Shown here: one piece after another, positions 1 to 14,326 of the stretch
How positions within the stretch are numbered: the first letter of the stretch is position 1
Layout: each line of letters begins with the position of its first letter
Assembly (NCBI GenBank): GCA_951406725.2
Contig: OX597814.1
Span: forward strand, 108,066,001-108,130,000
DNA: 64,000 nucleotides
Reading direction: 5' to 3'
Source: Octopus vulgaris
Taxonomy: Eukaryota
Translations under genes and position numbers: made by a program
The notes under the pieces: model-generated
Databases searched by the model: none
What the model was told of the DNA's origin: nothing
The model's input: the letters and a program-made list of their open reading frames with translations, nothing else

Positions 1-123
1 GTGTAAGTGTGTTTATGTTCCCGTTACTTAGCAGTTTGGCAAAGGAGACTAACAGAATAAGTACCAGCCTTTAAAAAAAAAAATAAAAGACCTGGGGTCA
101 ATTTGTTTGACTGAAATTCTTCA

Positions 124-402
<279 letters not shown>

Positions 403-1375
403 TTATTTTCATTAAATATTTTATTTAAACTTCATAAATGTATCAGAGAACGTAGTTATTTACTTGTGTGATTAGAGGATTCTGTGAATACAAACTAGGT
501 TGATGGCTTTTAAATTGTTAAGAAAACTTCTTCTTCATCTTTTAATGTCTGTTTTCCATGCTAGCATGGGTTGGATGGTTTGACTGAGCACTGGCAAGCC
601 AGGAGGCTACACTAGGATCCAATTTGATCTGGCAGAGTTTCTACAGCTGGATGCCCTTCCTAATGCCAAACACTCTGAGAGTGTGATGGGAGCTTCTTAC
701 GTGCCACAGGCATGGGAGCCAGTCAGGTGGCACTGGCATCAACTATGCTCGAACGGTGCTTTTTATGTGCCAGTTGGGCAGCACTAGCATCAACCATGCT
801 TGAATGGTGCTTTTTATGTGCTAGTCAGATGGCACTGGCATTAACCATGCTTGTATGCCACTGGCACAAGAAAAAAAAAAGCATGGGAAAAAAAAATAAA
901 AGAAAGAGAAACAGGCATGAAAAAGGTGTGTGGCTTAGTGGTCAGGGTATTTGGTTTGTGATCATAAGGTTGTGAGTTCGATTCCTGGCAGTGCATTGGG
1001 CCCTTGAGCAAGACACTTTACTTCATGTTACTTCAGATGGCAAAAATGAGTTGTACCTGTATTTCAAAGGGACCAGCCTTGTCACATTCTGTGTCATGCT
1101 GAGTCTCCCTGAGAACTATGTGATGGGTATGCGCATGCCTGTGGAATACTCAGCCACTTGCAATCCTCATCGTTGTAACTGACAGAGTGCAAGCAAATAG
1201 ACATGGCTGTTTGGTTAAGAATCCCACTTGATAACCACATGGGTTTGGGTTCAGTCCTACTAGGCAGATTCCTTCGTTAGTATCTTCTGTTATTGCTCCA
1301 GGTTGATCAATGTCTTGTCACTGGATTTGATAGATGGAAACTGTTGGAAACCCATCATATGTATGTGTGTGTGTG

Positions 1376-1409
<34 letters not shown>

Positions 1410-1413
<4 letters not shown>

Positions 1414-1786
1414 CACAGGAGTGGCTGTGTGGTAAGTAGCTTGCTTACCAACTATATGGTTCCGGGTTCAGTCCCACTGTGTGACACCTTGAGCAAATAT
1501 CTTCTACTACAGCCTTGGGCAGACCAAGTCCTTGTGAGTGGATTTGGTAGGCGGAAATTGAAAGAAGCCCGTTGTATATATGTGTGTGTGTGCTTCTCCC
1601 CCCCCAACTTTGACATCTGATGCTGGTGTGTGTACGTCCCTGTAACTTAGCAGTTCGGCAAAAAGAGACCGATAGAATAAGTACTAGGCTTACAAAGAAT
1701 AAGTCCTGGGGTCGATTTGCTCAACTAAAGGTGGTGTTCCAGCATGGCCACAGTCAAATGGCTGAAACAAGTAAAAGAATAAAAGA
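1410..1786 (+). mobile_element. tRNA-derived SINE family A, full length (representative)
   Basis: A box TGGCTGTGTGG, B box GGTTCAGTCCC, central TA/TG tract, tail GACTGAAACAAGTAAAAGA; many copies, e.g. 5237-5612, 7495-7870 (-), 25262-26013, 27060-27602, 32301-32771 (-). Confidence 0.9.
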
Positions 1787-2464
1787 ATACATATATGTAT
1801 ATATATACCCCCCCACTACATGTATGTATGTAAGTATATGCATATATGTCCCCATCACAGAGTGGTGTTGGTTTGTTAACATCCCTGTAACTTAGCAATT
1901 CACCAAAATAGATTGTTACAATGAGTATCAGACTGGGAAAAAAAAAAGAAAAAACAGAAGTACTGGAGTCAATTCTTTTTTACTAAACTCTTCAAAGCGG
2001 TGCCCCAGCATGGCCAAAGTCTGATGACAAGAATAAACAAAAAAATAAAAAATAAAATAAAAAAGTTTTATTGTGGGAGGAAGGTGTCGTGCTCAAACCT
2101 GAACAGTTGAGTAACACTGCCAGGAATGACGTAAGGGACCTTAGGGCTTGTAAGAGAAACATGAAGTACTACCAGACACCTCAGCTTATAAAGGGTCCAA
2201 GCAATATAAACCTGACCAAGCTTTTATACTCAGCATTAAAGTTAAACCTCTGAGATAATAATGATGATTGTATCGACAGAGCAGAGGATGTTTTAGACCA
2301 GTGGTTCTCAACAATTTTTGGCCTGTGGACCCCTTTGATTCCTATTTCACACTGCTGGGGTCCCCATAGCCATTCCATGTCTAAAAAAATTTTATTGTAT
2401 TTCTATGATTAAATATTATAAGGAACTCTATAAAAAAAATTGTTAAAAGATTTTGTGTTTTGTA

Positions 2465-2859
2465 GATGCCAGGTCCACCCGACTGGCTCCCCTGCCGGTG
2501 GAACTTCAAAAGCATCAACCGAACGTGGCCAATGCCAGTAGCCGCAGACTGGCTCCCGTGCCAATGGCATGTAAAAAGCACTATTCGAACACGATCAATG
2601 CTAGGCCCACCTGACTGGCTCCTGTGCTGGTGGCACGTAAAAAGCACCATCTGGATGTGGGTGATGTCAGTTTCCCTGACTTGGCCCCCGTGCCAGTGGC
2701 ATCTAAAAAGCACCCACTACACTCTCGGAGTGGTTGGCATTAGGAAGGGTATCATTGCCAGATCAGATTGGAGCCTGGTGCAGCTGCTGGCTCTGCAGAC
2801 TTCAGTCAAACCGTCCAACCCATGCCAGCATGGAAAACGAACATTAAACGATGATGATA
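2465..2859 (+). mobile_element. 5'-truncated RTE LINE 3'UTR with (GAT)n tail (representative of the many copies in the window)
   Basis: Tandem GTGCCGGTGGCACGTAAAAAGCACC units, then TTAGGAAGGG...CCAACCCATGCCAGCATGGAAA...GATGATGAT; the same units follow the RTE ORF2 end at 63190-63232. Confidence 0.8.
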
Positions 2860-3009
2860 TAAATATTATAAGGAACTCTATAAAAAAAAATTGTTAAAAG
2901 ATTTTGTGTTTTGTGGAATTTTAACCAATTTATTGCAGATAAACTTTAACAAAAAACCTTATATGGATCCCTAAGGGTCAAATGGATGGTGGATTATGGA
3001 AACCAATCA

Positions 3010-3255
<246 letters not shown>

Positions 3256-4042
3256 TTACAGCTAAAAGAATAGCTATGTGCTTTAATTATCAGTGCAGCG
3301 AGATTAGATTTAACAGTGTCGTTGCTAGTGCCACCTGACTGGCCCCCATGCTGGTGGCATGTAAAAAGCACCATTCAAGTGTGGTTGATGCCAGTGCTGT
3401 CTGACTGGCTCCTGTGCTGGTGGCATGTAAAAAGTACCATTCAAGCATGGTTGATGCCATTGCCGCCTGACTGGCCCCTGTGTCAGTGGCACATAAAAGC
3501 ACCCAATACACTCTCGGAGTGGTTGGCGTTAGGAAGGGCATCCAGCTGTAGAAAAAACCTTGCCTGATCAGATTGGAGCCTGGTGCAGCCTTCTGACTTG
3601 CCAGACCTCAGTCAAACCGTCCAACCCATGCCAGCATGGAAAGTAGATGTTAAAGGATGATGAGGAGGAGTACAGCCATTAACCATGCCTTGTCAATTCC
3701 CATCCCAATTGCTGAGGGACCACGAACACATGCACCAGCTCTCTCCAAATGATTCCAGCCACTGACCAAGACTATCTGGTCCATTCTTTGATATCCTCCA
3801 ACCAGTGTCTTCTCCGGTCCCTCCCACCTCTTTTCCCCATTCACACATCTTTGACAAAGTGGAGGTTTCTGGGCCCTGATCATTTCTGATTTAATTACCA
3901 GCACAACATATTAGGATTTTTTCTATTAACTGATGAAGGCTGGAGGGTATATCAGCCGAAATATGTTAACAATAAACAAGATGAGGACAAATATCTATCA
4001 AATGTAAATAATGTTTCTGTAAACTAAATAGTTAAGATTTAA

Positions 4043-4260
4043 CCCTTTAGCATTTAAACTGGTCAGATCTGGCCAAAATTCTACCTGTTTCATGTTAAAA
4101 CCAGCTAAATCTGGCCCCCTCACATTTAACCTACACTGTCAATCTAAAACTAACAATCACATCATTGAAATCTCAAAGCTATGAGACAATGCATAATTAA
4201 TTAAAATCAACGTGGATCAATAAACATAACTTTTAAGAGAATTATGCGAGTGTGAAAGGG
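4043..4260. mobile_element. piggyBac-type MITE
   Basis: TTAA|CCCTTT...AAAGGG|TTAA; relatives at 8264-8880 (interrupted by an RTE tail) and 31843-31990. Confidence 0.8.
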
Positions 4261-6300
4261 TTAAAGGAGTGAATGTCATGGACCAGAGGGAAAGAAGATG
4301 ATGGGTAGTGAGTTGCAGACGACAGCAGTTTGAGAGGAAAGAAGTTATGAGAATAAAAGGAAGCTTAACAGAGAAATGATGTCCCTGGGAAATGAAGTGG
4401 GTGACACGTTTAAAGGGCTGGACTGGAGGTACCGAACTAGAAAGTTCTATGATAGCTTGTGACTATATAGTCACTTGTGAAAGCATGGTATATATCACTG
4501 ATCCATCCTTGCATGTAAGTGATGACTAAACACTCTAAGAAAGAGTAAAGTCAAAAGAATTAAGTCCTCAGTACAAAACTGGAATTATTTCAAATGACCA
4601 TGACCACCACCACTCTACAGTAAATAGAAAGGCAAGATTTGTGTTCAGAACAACGAAGAGTATAGTTTAGTCTCAGGTCAACCCTGATTTAACACAGGTA
4701 GTATAGGTTCTCCAGCCATGATCACATCATGTTTTTAGGGGTATATTGAACTATATTGCTGGTTCTACATAAAAAGCACCCTTGCTGGCACCATGTAGAA
4801 AGTGCCCATGCCAGTGCCCTACAGAAAGTGCCACATGGAAAGCTCCTATGCTGATGTCACATAAAAAGTGCCCATGCAGGTGTCATGTCAAAAGAACCTG
4901 TGTTAGCACCACTTAAAGAAGAACCATGGTGGTGATGTGTAAAAGGTAGCTGTGCTGGCATTACATAAAAAGTACTAAGTACAGTCTGTGAAGTGGTTGG
5001 TGCTAGGAAGGGCATCAAGCCATAGAAAACAAGCTAAAACTGACAATTGGAGGCTGGTGCTGTCCTTTTTCTTACAAGCTCCGTTCAAACTGCCCAACCC
5101 ATGCCAGCATGGAAAATGGACATTAAATGATAATGATTGCTTAAAGCCTTTTATTACCATATTTCTGATGAAAAACACTATCTTTGCTTTAATTCATTTT
5201 GAAAATAATAAATAAGTAAAATAAATGTCAATAACAGGTGAGGTAGTGGCTGTGTGGTAAGTAGTTTGCTTACCAACCACATGGTTCCGGGTTCAGTCCC
5301 ACTGTGTGGCACCTTGGGCAAGTGTCTTCTACTATAGCCTTGTGAGTGGATCTGGTAGACGGAAACTGAAAAAAGCCCGTCGTGTATATGTATATATATG
5401 TGTGTGTTTGTGTCTGTGTTTGTCCCCCCAACATCGCTTGACATCTGATGCTGGTATGTGTACGTCCCTGTAACTTAGCAGTTTGGCAAAAAAGACCAAT
5501 AGACTAAGTACTAGGTTTACAAAGAATAAATTCTGGGGTCGATTTGCTTGACTAAAGGCAGTGCTCTAGCATGGCTGCAGTCAAATGGCTGAAACAAGTA
5601 AAAAAGTACAGAGAATAATTTGGCGTTTGAAACCAGAATTTTGATAGAAGGTTTTTCAATTTAGATCACTTTGAAACCAGGGGCAGCCAGTCTCAGGTTG
5701 GTCTCAAAATGGTTAACATGTCCTTTTCTTATTCAAGATGGTAAGGTATAGGATCTTCATCATCATCATTTAATGTCCGCTTTCCATGCTGGCATGGGTT
5801 GGGTGGTTTGACCGAGCACTGGCAAGCCAGGAGGCTGCACCAGGATCCAGTCTGATCTAACATGGTTTCTACATCTGGATGCCCTTCCTAATGCCAACCA
5901 CTCCGAGAGTGAAGTGTGTGCTTTTACGTGCCACTGGCATGAGGGCCAGTGAGGCAGTACTGGCATTGACGATGCTTGAATGATGCTTTTTATGTGCCAC
6001 CAGCATGGGACCACTCAGGCAGTACTGGCATCGACCATGCTCAAATGCTTTTTACGTGCCACCAGCACAGGAGCCAGTCAGGCGGCACTGACATTGACCA
6101 CACTCGAATGGTGCTTTTTACATACCAACCAGGCGATACTGTCATCAGCCATGACAATGACTTCACTTGACTGAACAGGTCTTCACAAGCACAGCTTATT
6201 GCCCAATGATTTAATATATCATATAATAACGAACTTACTCATCAGAAAAACCAAAAGTGCATGAACAGTCCAGGAAGTGAACAGTAAATGAGTTGTTGAA

Positions 6301-6967
6301 AAGATTGTCTGCCAACATAACATGGCAGTCCTGGTTTAGGATGAAAGTTGCTGTAATTTAGCCCCAGGAGACATCGTCTCCAGCTGGCTATATGATACGA
6401 TGTGTGTCCTTATATTTTTGAACAAGGTAATCTAGCATCCCCACTCAGCTCAAAACAATATCTGTGTATCGTGATTTCCGGGTTATTTCCCTTCATCAGC
6501 ACAGAATAATTGTTCGGCTAGAGGTGGCGCTGCCAAATTCCCGTTTGAAATATATAGTTTTCAAAGTGACAACTAGTCACTGATTTATAAATTAGAAAAT
6601 TACTATTTTTAAATCTTACAACGTGAGATATTCAGCAACAGTATTTTGGAGTAAAGATTATTTGCCAACATAACATGGCAGTCCTGGTTTAGGATGAATG
6701 TTACTGTAAATTGTAGCCCCAGGAGACATCGTCTCCAGCTGGCTATATGACATGATCTGTATCCTTATATTTTCAAACAAGAATCCAGCACCACCACTCA
6801 GCTCAAAACAACATCTGTGCATTGTGACTTCTGTCTCCGGGGGGTTAAATTACAGCAACATTCTTTCCTAAACCAGGACTGCCATGTTATGTTGGCAAAC
6901 AATCTTTACTACAAAGTACTGTTGCTGAATATCTCATGTCGTGAGATTTAAAAATAGTAATTTTCTA
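6301..6967. mobile_element. Hammerhead-bearing non-autonomous element (Penelope-like/retrozyme-like): ~1.5 tandem units of ~353 bp plus an inverted partial copy
   Basis: Sequence from 6301 recurs from 6654; 6841-6967 is the reverse complement of 6593-6720; another copy at 16778-16980; diverged relative at 8013-8210. Confidence 0.7.
6461..6505 (-). ncRNA. Minimal type I hammerhead ribozyme motif, catalytic core intact
   Basis: Minus strand TCTGTG-CTGATGA-A-GGG-AAATAA-CCC-G-GAAA-TC-AC-GA-TA-CACAGA: stem I TCTGTG/CACAGA, both core boxes, stem II, short stem III, AUA cleavage triplet. Confidence 0.75.
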
Positions 6968-6984
6968 GTAAATAAATAATTAAA

Positions 6985-7297
6985 AAAAGGTGTGTGTGTG
7001 TGTGTGGGGGGGGGGGTGATGGACAACAGGTGTATTGTTGGTGAATTTCAGAGAGCCTGGAAGTTTTGAAGGACATAGTGTCTTGACAGCTGATAACTGA
7101 TGCGGGTAGTTTATTCCATGCGTCAGCAATTCTGAGCATGAGAAAACGTTTCTGAAATTCATGGGTGCTGTGTTGTTTGATTTTGTAAGCAGGTCCACAG
7201 TGTTTGAGATACGGAACTGATAAAAGGTGCCCAAAGTGGTGGTGGTCATTGTTGGAAAACTGGTGGATAATCTTGTAGGTGTCTGCCAAGTCAGTTG
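6985..7297 (-). mobile_element. CR1-like LINE 3' fragment
   Basis: DLADTYKII...LRIADAWNKLPASVI...SFK, typical of CR1 ORF2 C-termini. Confidence 0.75.
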
Positions 7298-10200
7298 TAT
7301 GATTGAGAGAACATTATCCTCTATCCCCAGCAGGTCAATTACTATATGGAGACCCCTTTACTGACTTGCGACCATGAGAATAGAACACAGGGCTGTGTGT
7401 GTGTGTGTGTGTAACAAACTTCTTACAGTCAAGACACAAGAAGAACAATAATTATATATTCATATTTAAGTAGTTACTTCCCTTAGAATTCATTTCTTTC
7501 AGCTTTTACTTGTTTCATTCATTAGACACTGGCCATGCTGGAGCACCACATTGAAGACTGTTTAGTTGAATGATTCGAAGCCTGCACTTATATTTTTAAA
7601 GCTTGGTACTTATTCTATCGATCTTTTTTGCTGAACCGCTAAGTTACAGGAACATAAACAAACCAGCACTGGTTGTCAAGCGGTGGTAGGGGACAAGCAC
7701 ATACACACACATACGACGGGATTCTTACAGTTTCCGTCTACCAAATCCACTCACAAAGACTTTGGTTGGCCCAAGGCTATAGTAGAATACACTTGCCCAA
7801 AATACCACAAAGTGGAACTGAACCCAGAACCTTGTGGTTGGGAAGCAAACTTCTTACCACACGGCCATGCCTGGGGTTACATCACTAAAACAGGAGGGGG
7901 GGGGGGCAAGTGGTCCATTTAAATCAAAATTTCTCATCAACCTAATATTTGTGGTTTTGTGCCTTCATTAAAAAAATAATAAAAAAGATCAATATTGATA
8001 TTTTTATTATAACTGACGATGAGCAATACACTCAGAAACATATATCTTCAGGTGTCTTGTCCCGGCTTGCGGGGGTGATTGCCTCCCCTTTGCAAATATA
8101 AGGACACAGAAAATATGTTAAAGCCGACAGGAGACGTCAATGTTTCCTAGGGCTAAATGGCGGTGGTGTAATTCCTTTACGGGACTGTCCATTGAGTTGA
8201 CAGTATACGACCACTATATTATTATAACATTTCTAATTAGATTTTTAATGTCCTCTACATTAACCCTTTGGCATTGAGATTATCCTGTCAAATTTTAATG
8301 CTTATTTATTCACATTGGTTTGCATTAAACCCTGCATCATCATGTAGCTTTGAGATTTTGATAATGGAATTGTTTATTTTTCTGCCAGTGCCCCCTGACT
8401 GGCTCCTGTTCCGGAGGCATGTAAAATGCACCATCCAAATGTGGCCGATGCCAGTACCCCAACTGGCTCCCGTGCTGGTGGAATGGAAAATGCACCATCT
8501 GAACATGGCCAATGCCAATACCCACTGACTGGCTCCTCCTGTGTCGGTGGCACATAAAAAGCACTATCTGAACGTGATCGATGCCAGGCCCACCTGACAG
8601 GCTCCTATGTTGGTCGCATACATTTTCAGAGTGGTTGGCATTAGGAAAGGCATCCAACTGTAGAAACCTTGCCAGATCAGATTAGAGCCTGGTGCAGCCT
8701 TCTGGCTTGCCAGTCTTCAGTCAAACCGTCCAACCCATGCCAGCATGGAAAGCGGACATTAAACGATGATAATGATGATGATTGTAGGGTAGGTGCGAGA
8801 GGCCAGATCTAGCCAGTTTGAGCATAAAACAGGGTCGAATGTTTAGGCCTGAAATGGCTTGTTTGAATGCTGAAGGATCAAACGTCAACACTAACTTAAC
8901 TATCGATGCAGATAGCATCCCTGAATTTCTAAACGCTTCTATGTCACTCAGGCATCTAATATGGGATGCAAGGGTTTTAGAGATCCAAAGGTACAAATGT
9001 AGCTATGTGGTTAAGAAGCTTGCTTCTCAACCATAAGGTTTTAGGTTCAGTCCCACTGTACGATGCTTCAGGCATCTTCTATTATATAGCCCTGGGCTGA
9101 CTAAAGCCTTGTGAGTGGTTTTGGTAAAAGGTAAAGACCTCCTTCAGTCATGAATAACCATGGGATTGTGCCTAGAAAGTTCCCCTCTGAAGCACAAGTC
9201 CAGGCAAGGTTGTTTTATGGAAGACCAGAAGTCACCCATGCATACCAGCGTTCTCTCTCCAGGCCACTGATGTTATCCAAGGGAAAGGCAAAGAGGCCGA
9301 TACAGCTTGGCACCAGTGATGTCACAACTCATTTCTACAGCAGAGTGAACTGGAGCAATGTGAAATAAAGTGTCTGGCTCAAGAACACGACACAGCCCGG
9401 TCTGGGAATTGAACTCAATACCTCATGATTGTGAACCCGACGCTCTAACCACTGAGCCACTGGTAGATGGAAACTAAAAGAAGTACGTTGCACACACGCA
9501 TATTTGTGTGTGTGTATGTTTGTACCCGGCAACCAGTGCTGGTTCGTTTACATTCCCGTAACTTAGTGGTTTGGCAAAAAGAGACTGATGGTATAAATAC
9601 CAGGATTAGAAGAAAAAAGTACTGGGAGCAATTTGTTAGGCTGAATCCTTGAAGGAGGTGCCCTGGCATGGCCACAGTTTATTGACTGAAACAAGTAAAA
9701 GATAACCTGAAAAATGTGTGTGTGTGTTTTTATCTTGACATGATTGTAAAAGTGATGTTAGTTTATTTCCTGTCTTTCCTGGTGAAATATTACCTTACTT
9801 GGAAACATATGAAGGTTGGCAACAGGGAGGGCATCCAGCCATAGAAGATCTGCTTCAACAGATTTTGTCTGACCCATGCAGGCATGGGAAAGTGGACGTT
9901 AAACAGTAATTGGTGAGGATGGATCACTGCTTCAGACGTTATGAGAAGGTTACGTATACCAAGGTAGATCAAATCAGCTCTGTAGTTATCTCCCTTACTT
10001 GCCAGGACACTTGCAACAATATTATTTCTTACCTCACTCTTTCAAATCATCATCATCATCGTTTAACGTCCGTTTTCCATGCAAGCATGGGTTGGACGGT
10101 TCGACCGGGATCTGGGAAGCCAGGAGGCTGCACCAGGCTCCAGTCTGATCTGGCAGAGTTTCTACAGCTGGATGCCCTTCCTAACGCCAACGACTCCCTG

Positions 10201-12706
10201 AGTGTAGTAGGTGCTTTTTACGTGCCACCAGCACAGGTGCCAGGCGAGGCTGGCAATGGCCATGATTGGTTGGTGCTTTTTACGTGCCACCGGCACGGAA
10301 GCCAGTCAAGGCGGCACTGGCATCGGCCACGTTCGGCTGGTGCTTTTTACATGCCACTGGCACAGGTATCATAACTACAATTTCCATTGGTTTTTGATGT
10401 TGATGTACATGACTCAATAGGTCTCCTCAAGCACAGGGTCAAAATGGAGTTTCTTTACTTGCCACCTGCACAGGAGTCAGTCCAGCGGCACTGGCAACTG
10501 CCGGGTGCCAGTCATAGTATTGGTTTAATTTTGATTCCGATTTCACTTGCCTCAATAGGTCTTCGTGTGTCCAAAGAAGGAAAGGCATGCATAAGTGGGC
10601 TGGCTACATCCCTGGCAAAGGCCACAGGATGGTCTCACTTGTCCTGCCGGGTCTTCTCACGCACAGCATATTTCGAATCCTCTTTCACATTGTGGTATGA
10701 AGTTGGATGTGTCATTACAGGGATCAGTTCTTTGTATTATGTTAAAGGTTAATTACCCACCTCCCAACCCATTCTGATCCTCTATCCCTGTCTGTCTCTC
10801 TCTCTTATATTAATGTTATACCTTTGGAGTACGCCCCCTATCAGTTCTTTTCTCTCGTTCTAGCTGGGGTAGCCATGTATCCTTCCCTTAAGCAAGACAC
10901 CTGTTCCTGTCCCTCTATCATACTTAAATCTCTCGTCCCCTGACACATAGCCTCCTCCCTCAATACTGTATCCCACCACTCAGTTGAGGGATCCTGTTTT
11001 GCAAGATACTCGGTGACCTCACTAGTGCTGGTGCCATGCATAAAAGCACCCAGTCCACTCTGTAAAGTGGTTGGCATTAGGAAGGGCATCCAGCCATGGA
11101 AACCAAGCCAGAGCAGATAATTGGAAGCTGGTGCAGTCCTCTGGTTCCTGTCAAGCTGTCCAACCCATACCAGGATGGAAAAGTGGATATTAAACAATAC
11201 TGACGATGATGATCATTTAATGTCTGTTTTCCATTCTGGCATGGGTCGGATGGTTTGGCAGGAGCTGGTAAGGCCAGGAGCCACACCAGGCTCCATTGTC
11301 TGTAGGGGCAACAGTTGGCAAGCCGGGGAGTTATCCAGACTCCAGTTGTCTGCTGAGGCATGGTTTCTACAGCTGGATGCCCTTCTTAACACCAACCACT
11401 CTGCAGAGTGTACCAGGGGCTTTTTATGGGGCACTGGCACAGGTGATGATAGTTTGTAAGTTTATATGAAATTCAGAATCTTCAAGAAAATATGAAATCA
11501 GATTAATAGCAAACTTCAAAGTGGATAGATCATCATCATCATCATCAACCATTCCATGCTTGTATAGTGGACAGAATTTGTCGAGGAATATTTTCTACAA
11601 ATGGATGCTGTTTCTTTTGCCCACCATGTTTCCACATAAGATAATATTACCTAAAGTTTACAACATTGCACCAAAGTCAGAAGCCATTATTTTTCTGTCT
11701 CAGTTGGTAGAACTTTGTTTTAGGTATGGCACGATTACTGTAAGGTTTATGTCAACTGGTGGAAGTGTCAGAATTCCCAAATGTCAAGCCTTTGTAGTAA
11801 ATTCAACACTGAATCACTAGATAGCTGAGCAGACACCACAATCAGACCACAGTTGTGTCATGTGATCAGCTGATGATATCTGACCAATCAGCATCAAGTC
11901 ATTGTATGCTTTGACTTTCTCTTTGAGCCTTATATGAAAATGGTTTTTGGCAGTAACCCCAGAGTGTTGAGACCACCACTCAACATCTCCATTCCCATTT
12001 CTTCACCAATCACTGGCAAACAGAAGACACCATGATTTTGTCACCATGAATTGTAGCACATTTGGTTAAACTGTCCTGAATTCCAGTCTTATGTCTCTCT
12101 CTCTCTGTAAATGTCACTATTAGCTTCTGTCAAAAGACCAACAAAGTTAAAACACTCTATGCAGTAAATAAAATCTTCTGTTAATTGTTTGTTGTTAATT
12201 ACTTCCACACACAGCCCCAGAAAGACATTTTCATTCACCAATGGCAACGAGAAATCCATGCCACTTTTATTTTTTTTTTTTATTAGTCCTAGTATGTGTT
12301 TAAGCTGTTTGCTACTCGTCCACAATGTTTTGAGTTCAATCCCACCCAACAACACTGGGGGGGGGGGGGTATCGTTGATCCCAGTTTGGGGATAATTTGA
12401 TCGCACCAATCTCTGAAACCTTAAAAAAAAAAAGAGTCCAAAAGCATTGCTATTCTGAAGTCATCTAAAAAAAAACTATAACAGGGTCAAAATTTGGCAC
12501 AAGGTCAGCTAGTTCAGGAGGTGGGGAGGGGGTAAGGAGAATTCATTACACTGACCCCAGGGCTTAACTGATATTCATTTTATCAACCCTGAAAGACAAA
12601 GTCGATAACAGAGGAATATTATAGACATGAAATTCCGCTGAGCATTTTGTCTGATCTGCTAACAATTCTGCCAGCCTTAAAAAAATTAATAGAAAGGCTT
12701 CCTTTT

Positions 12707-13058
12707 GTACCCACCCATAAAATTTTTTAAAAGATTAAACATGGTGTAAAATTGATTTCCTACCACGTCTTATAATAATAATAATAATAACGATGAGAAA
12801 GTCATAAAAATTAAGAATTTCTATAAAAAAAACTCCATTTCTGTATTGTGTATACTCATGTCCCAATTTCCCATTTAGGCCCGAATTGCCTAACTTTGGG
12901 ACATGAATATACACAATACTGAAATGGAGTTTTTTTTAAATAGAAATTCTTAATTTTTATGACTTTCTCATCGTTATTATTATAAGACATGGTAGGAAAT
13001 CAATTTTCCACCCGTGTCTAATATTAAAAAAAAAAAAAAATGTATGGGGGGGGGGGTA
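12707..13058. repeat. Long inverted repeat (foldback)
   Basis: 12748-12866 is the near-perfect reverse complement of 12896-13007; outer parts are more degenerate. Confidence 0.92.
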
Positions 13059-13079
13059 ACAAGAAGTTTTTCTAAATTA

Positions 13080-13346
<267 letters not shown>

Positions 13347-13874
13347 CTATTGTCACTAGTTGTCACAGAAAACAGGTTATTTAAAATGCAGTGTCCGAGA
13401 GTTCATTACCCTCAATTTACTTCCGTAATTGTAAAAACTGTAAACTGTAAATTGTGACATTAGTTTTACCCCCCCCCCCCCACTTACGTTGAAGGTGAGC
13501 AAGCAGTACTATGCACCTTGGTTACGGACATAACAGAACGGCTGCAGTAAGATTTGAACCTATGACCAACTGAACAGTCATTTTACGTCTCTTCAATAAT
13601 TATGTCACCAACATAGAGAGAAAAACACAAATAGAGGGCCCTCCCCCTCCTCACATGGCTGACACACGAAGGGCTTTTTACAGTTTCCGTTTACCAAATC
13701 CATTCATAAGGCTTTGGTCGACCAAGGGTTGTAGTAGATGACACTTGCCTAAGGTACCATGCAGTGGGACTGAACCCAAAGCTGTGCGATTAGGAAGCGA
13801 ATCTCTTGACCCCACCCCCCACACCGTATATCATCATCGTTTTAACGGCCATTTTCCCATGCTTGCCTGGGTTA

Positions 13875-13921
<47 letters not shown>

Positions 13922-14294
13922 GAAAATGGAGAAACAAATTTAGTTTTTTCATCAACTTTCAGATATTTGAATGTTAGATTATTTATTCATTTAACAAAAT
14001 GCGAACCTCAATAGCATACATATATATCTTATAATTCAATACATATTACCTGTTTAATACAATAAATGAGTTAATTGCATTGCAATTAAAAACATTTATG
14101 TATTAAGAATCTGGGTACTTTACCAACAGTATAATGGATAAATGCTATCCCATAGTGGGTTACACCCATTACTCCTATCTTACCTTGTGTATATATATAT
14201 ATATATACACACATAAGTTTCTTTACTTATAATTTATTGCATTTTATTGTATACAAATCAAACGCAATGTCAGTTTATTGATGTTAAACTCTCC

Positions 14295-14326
<32 letters not shown>

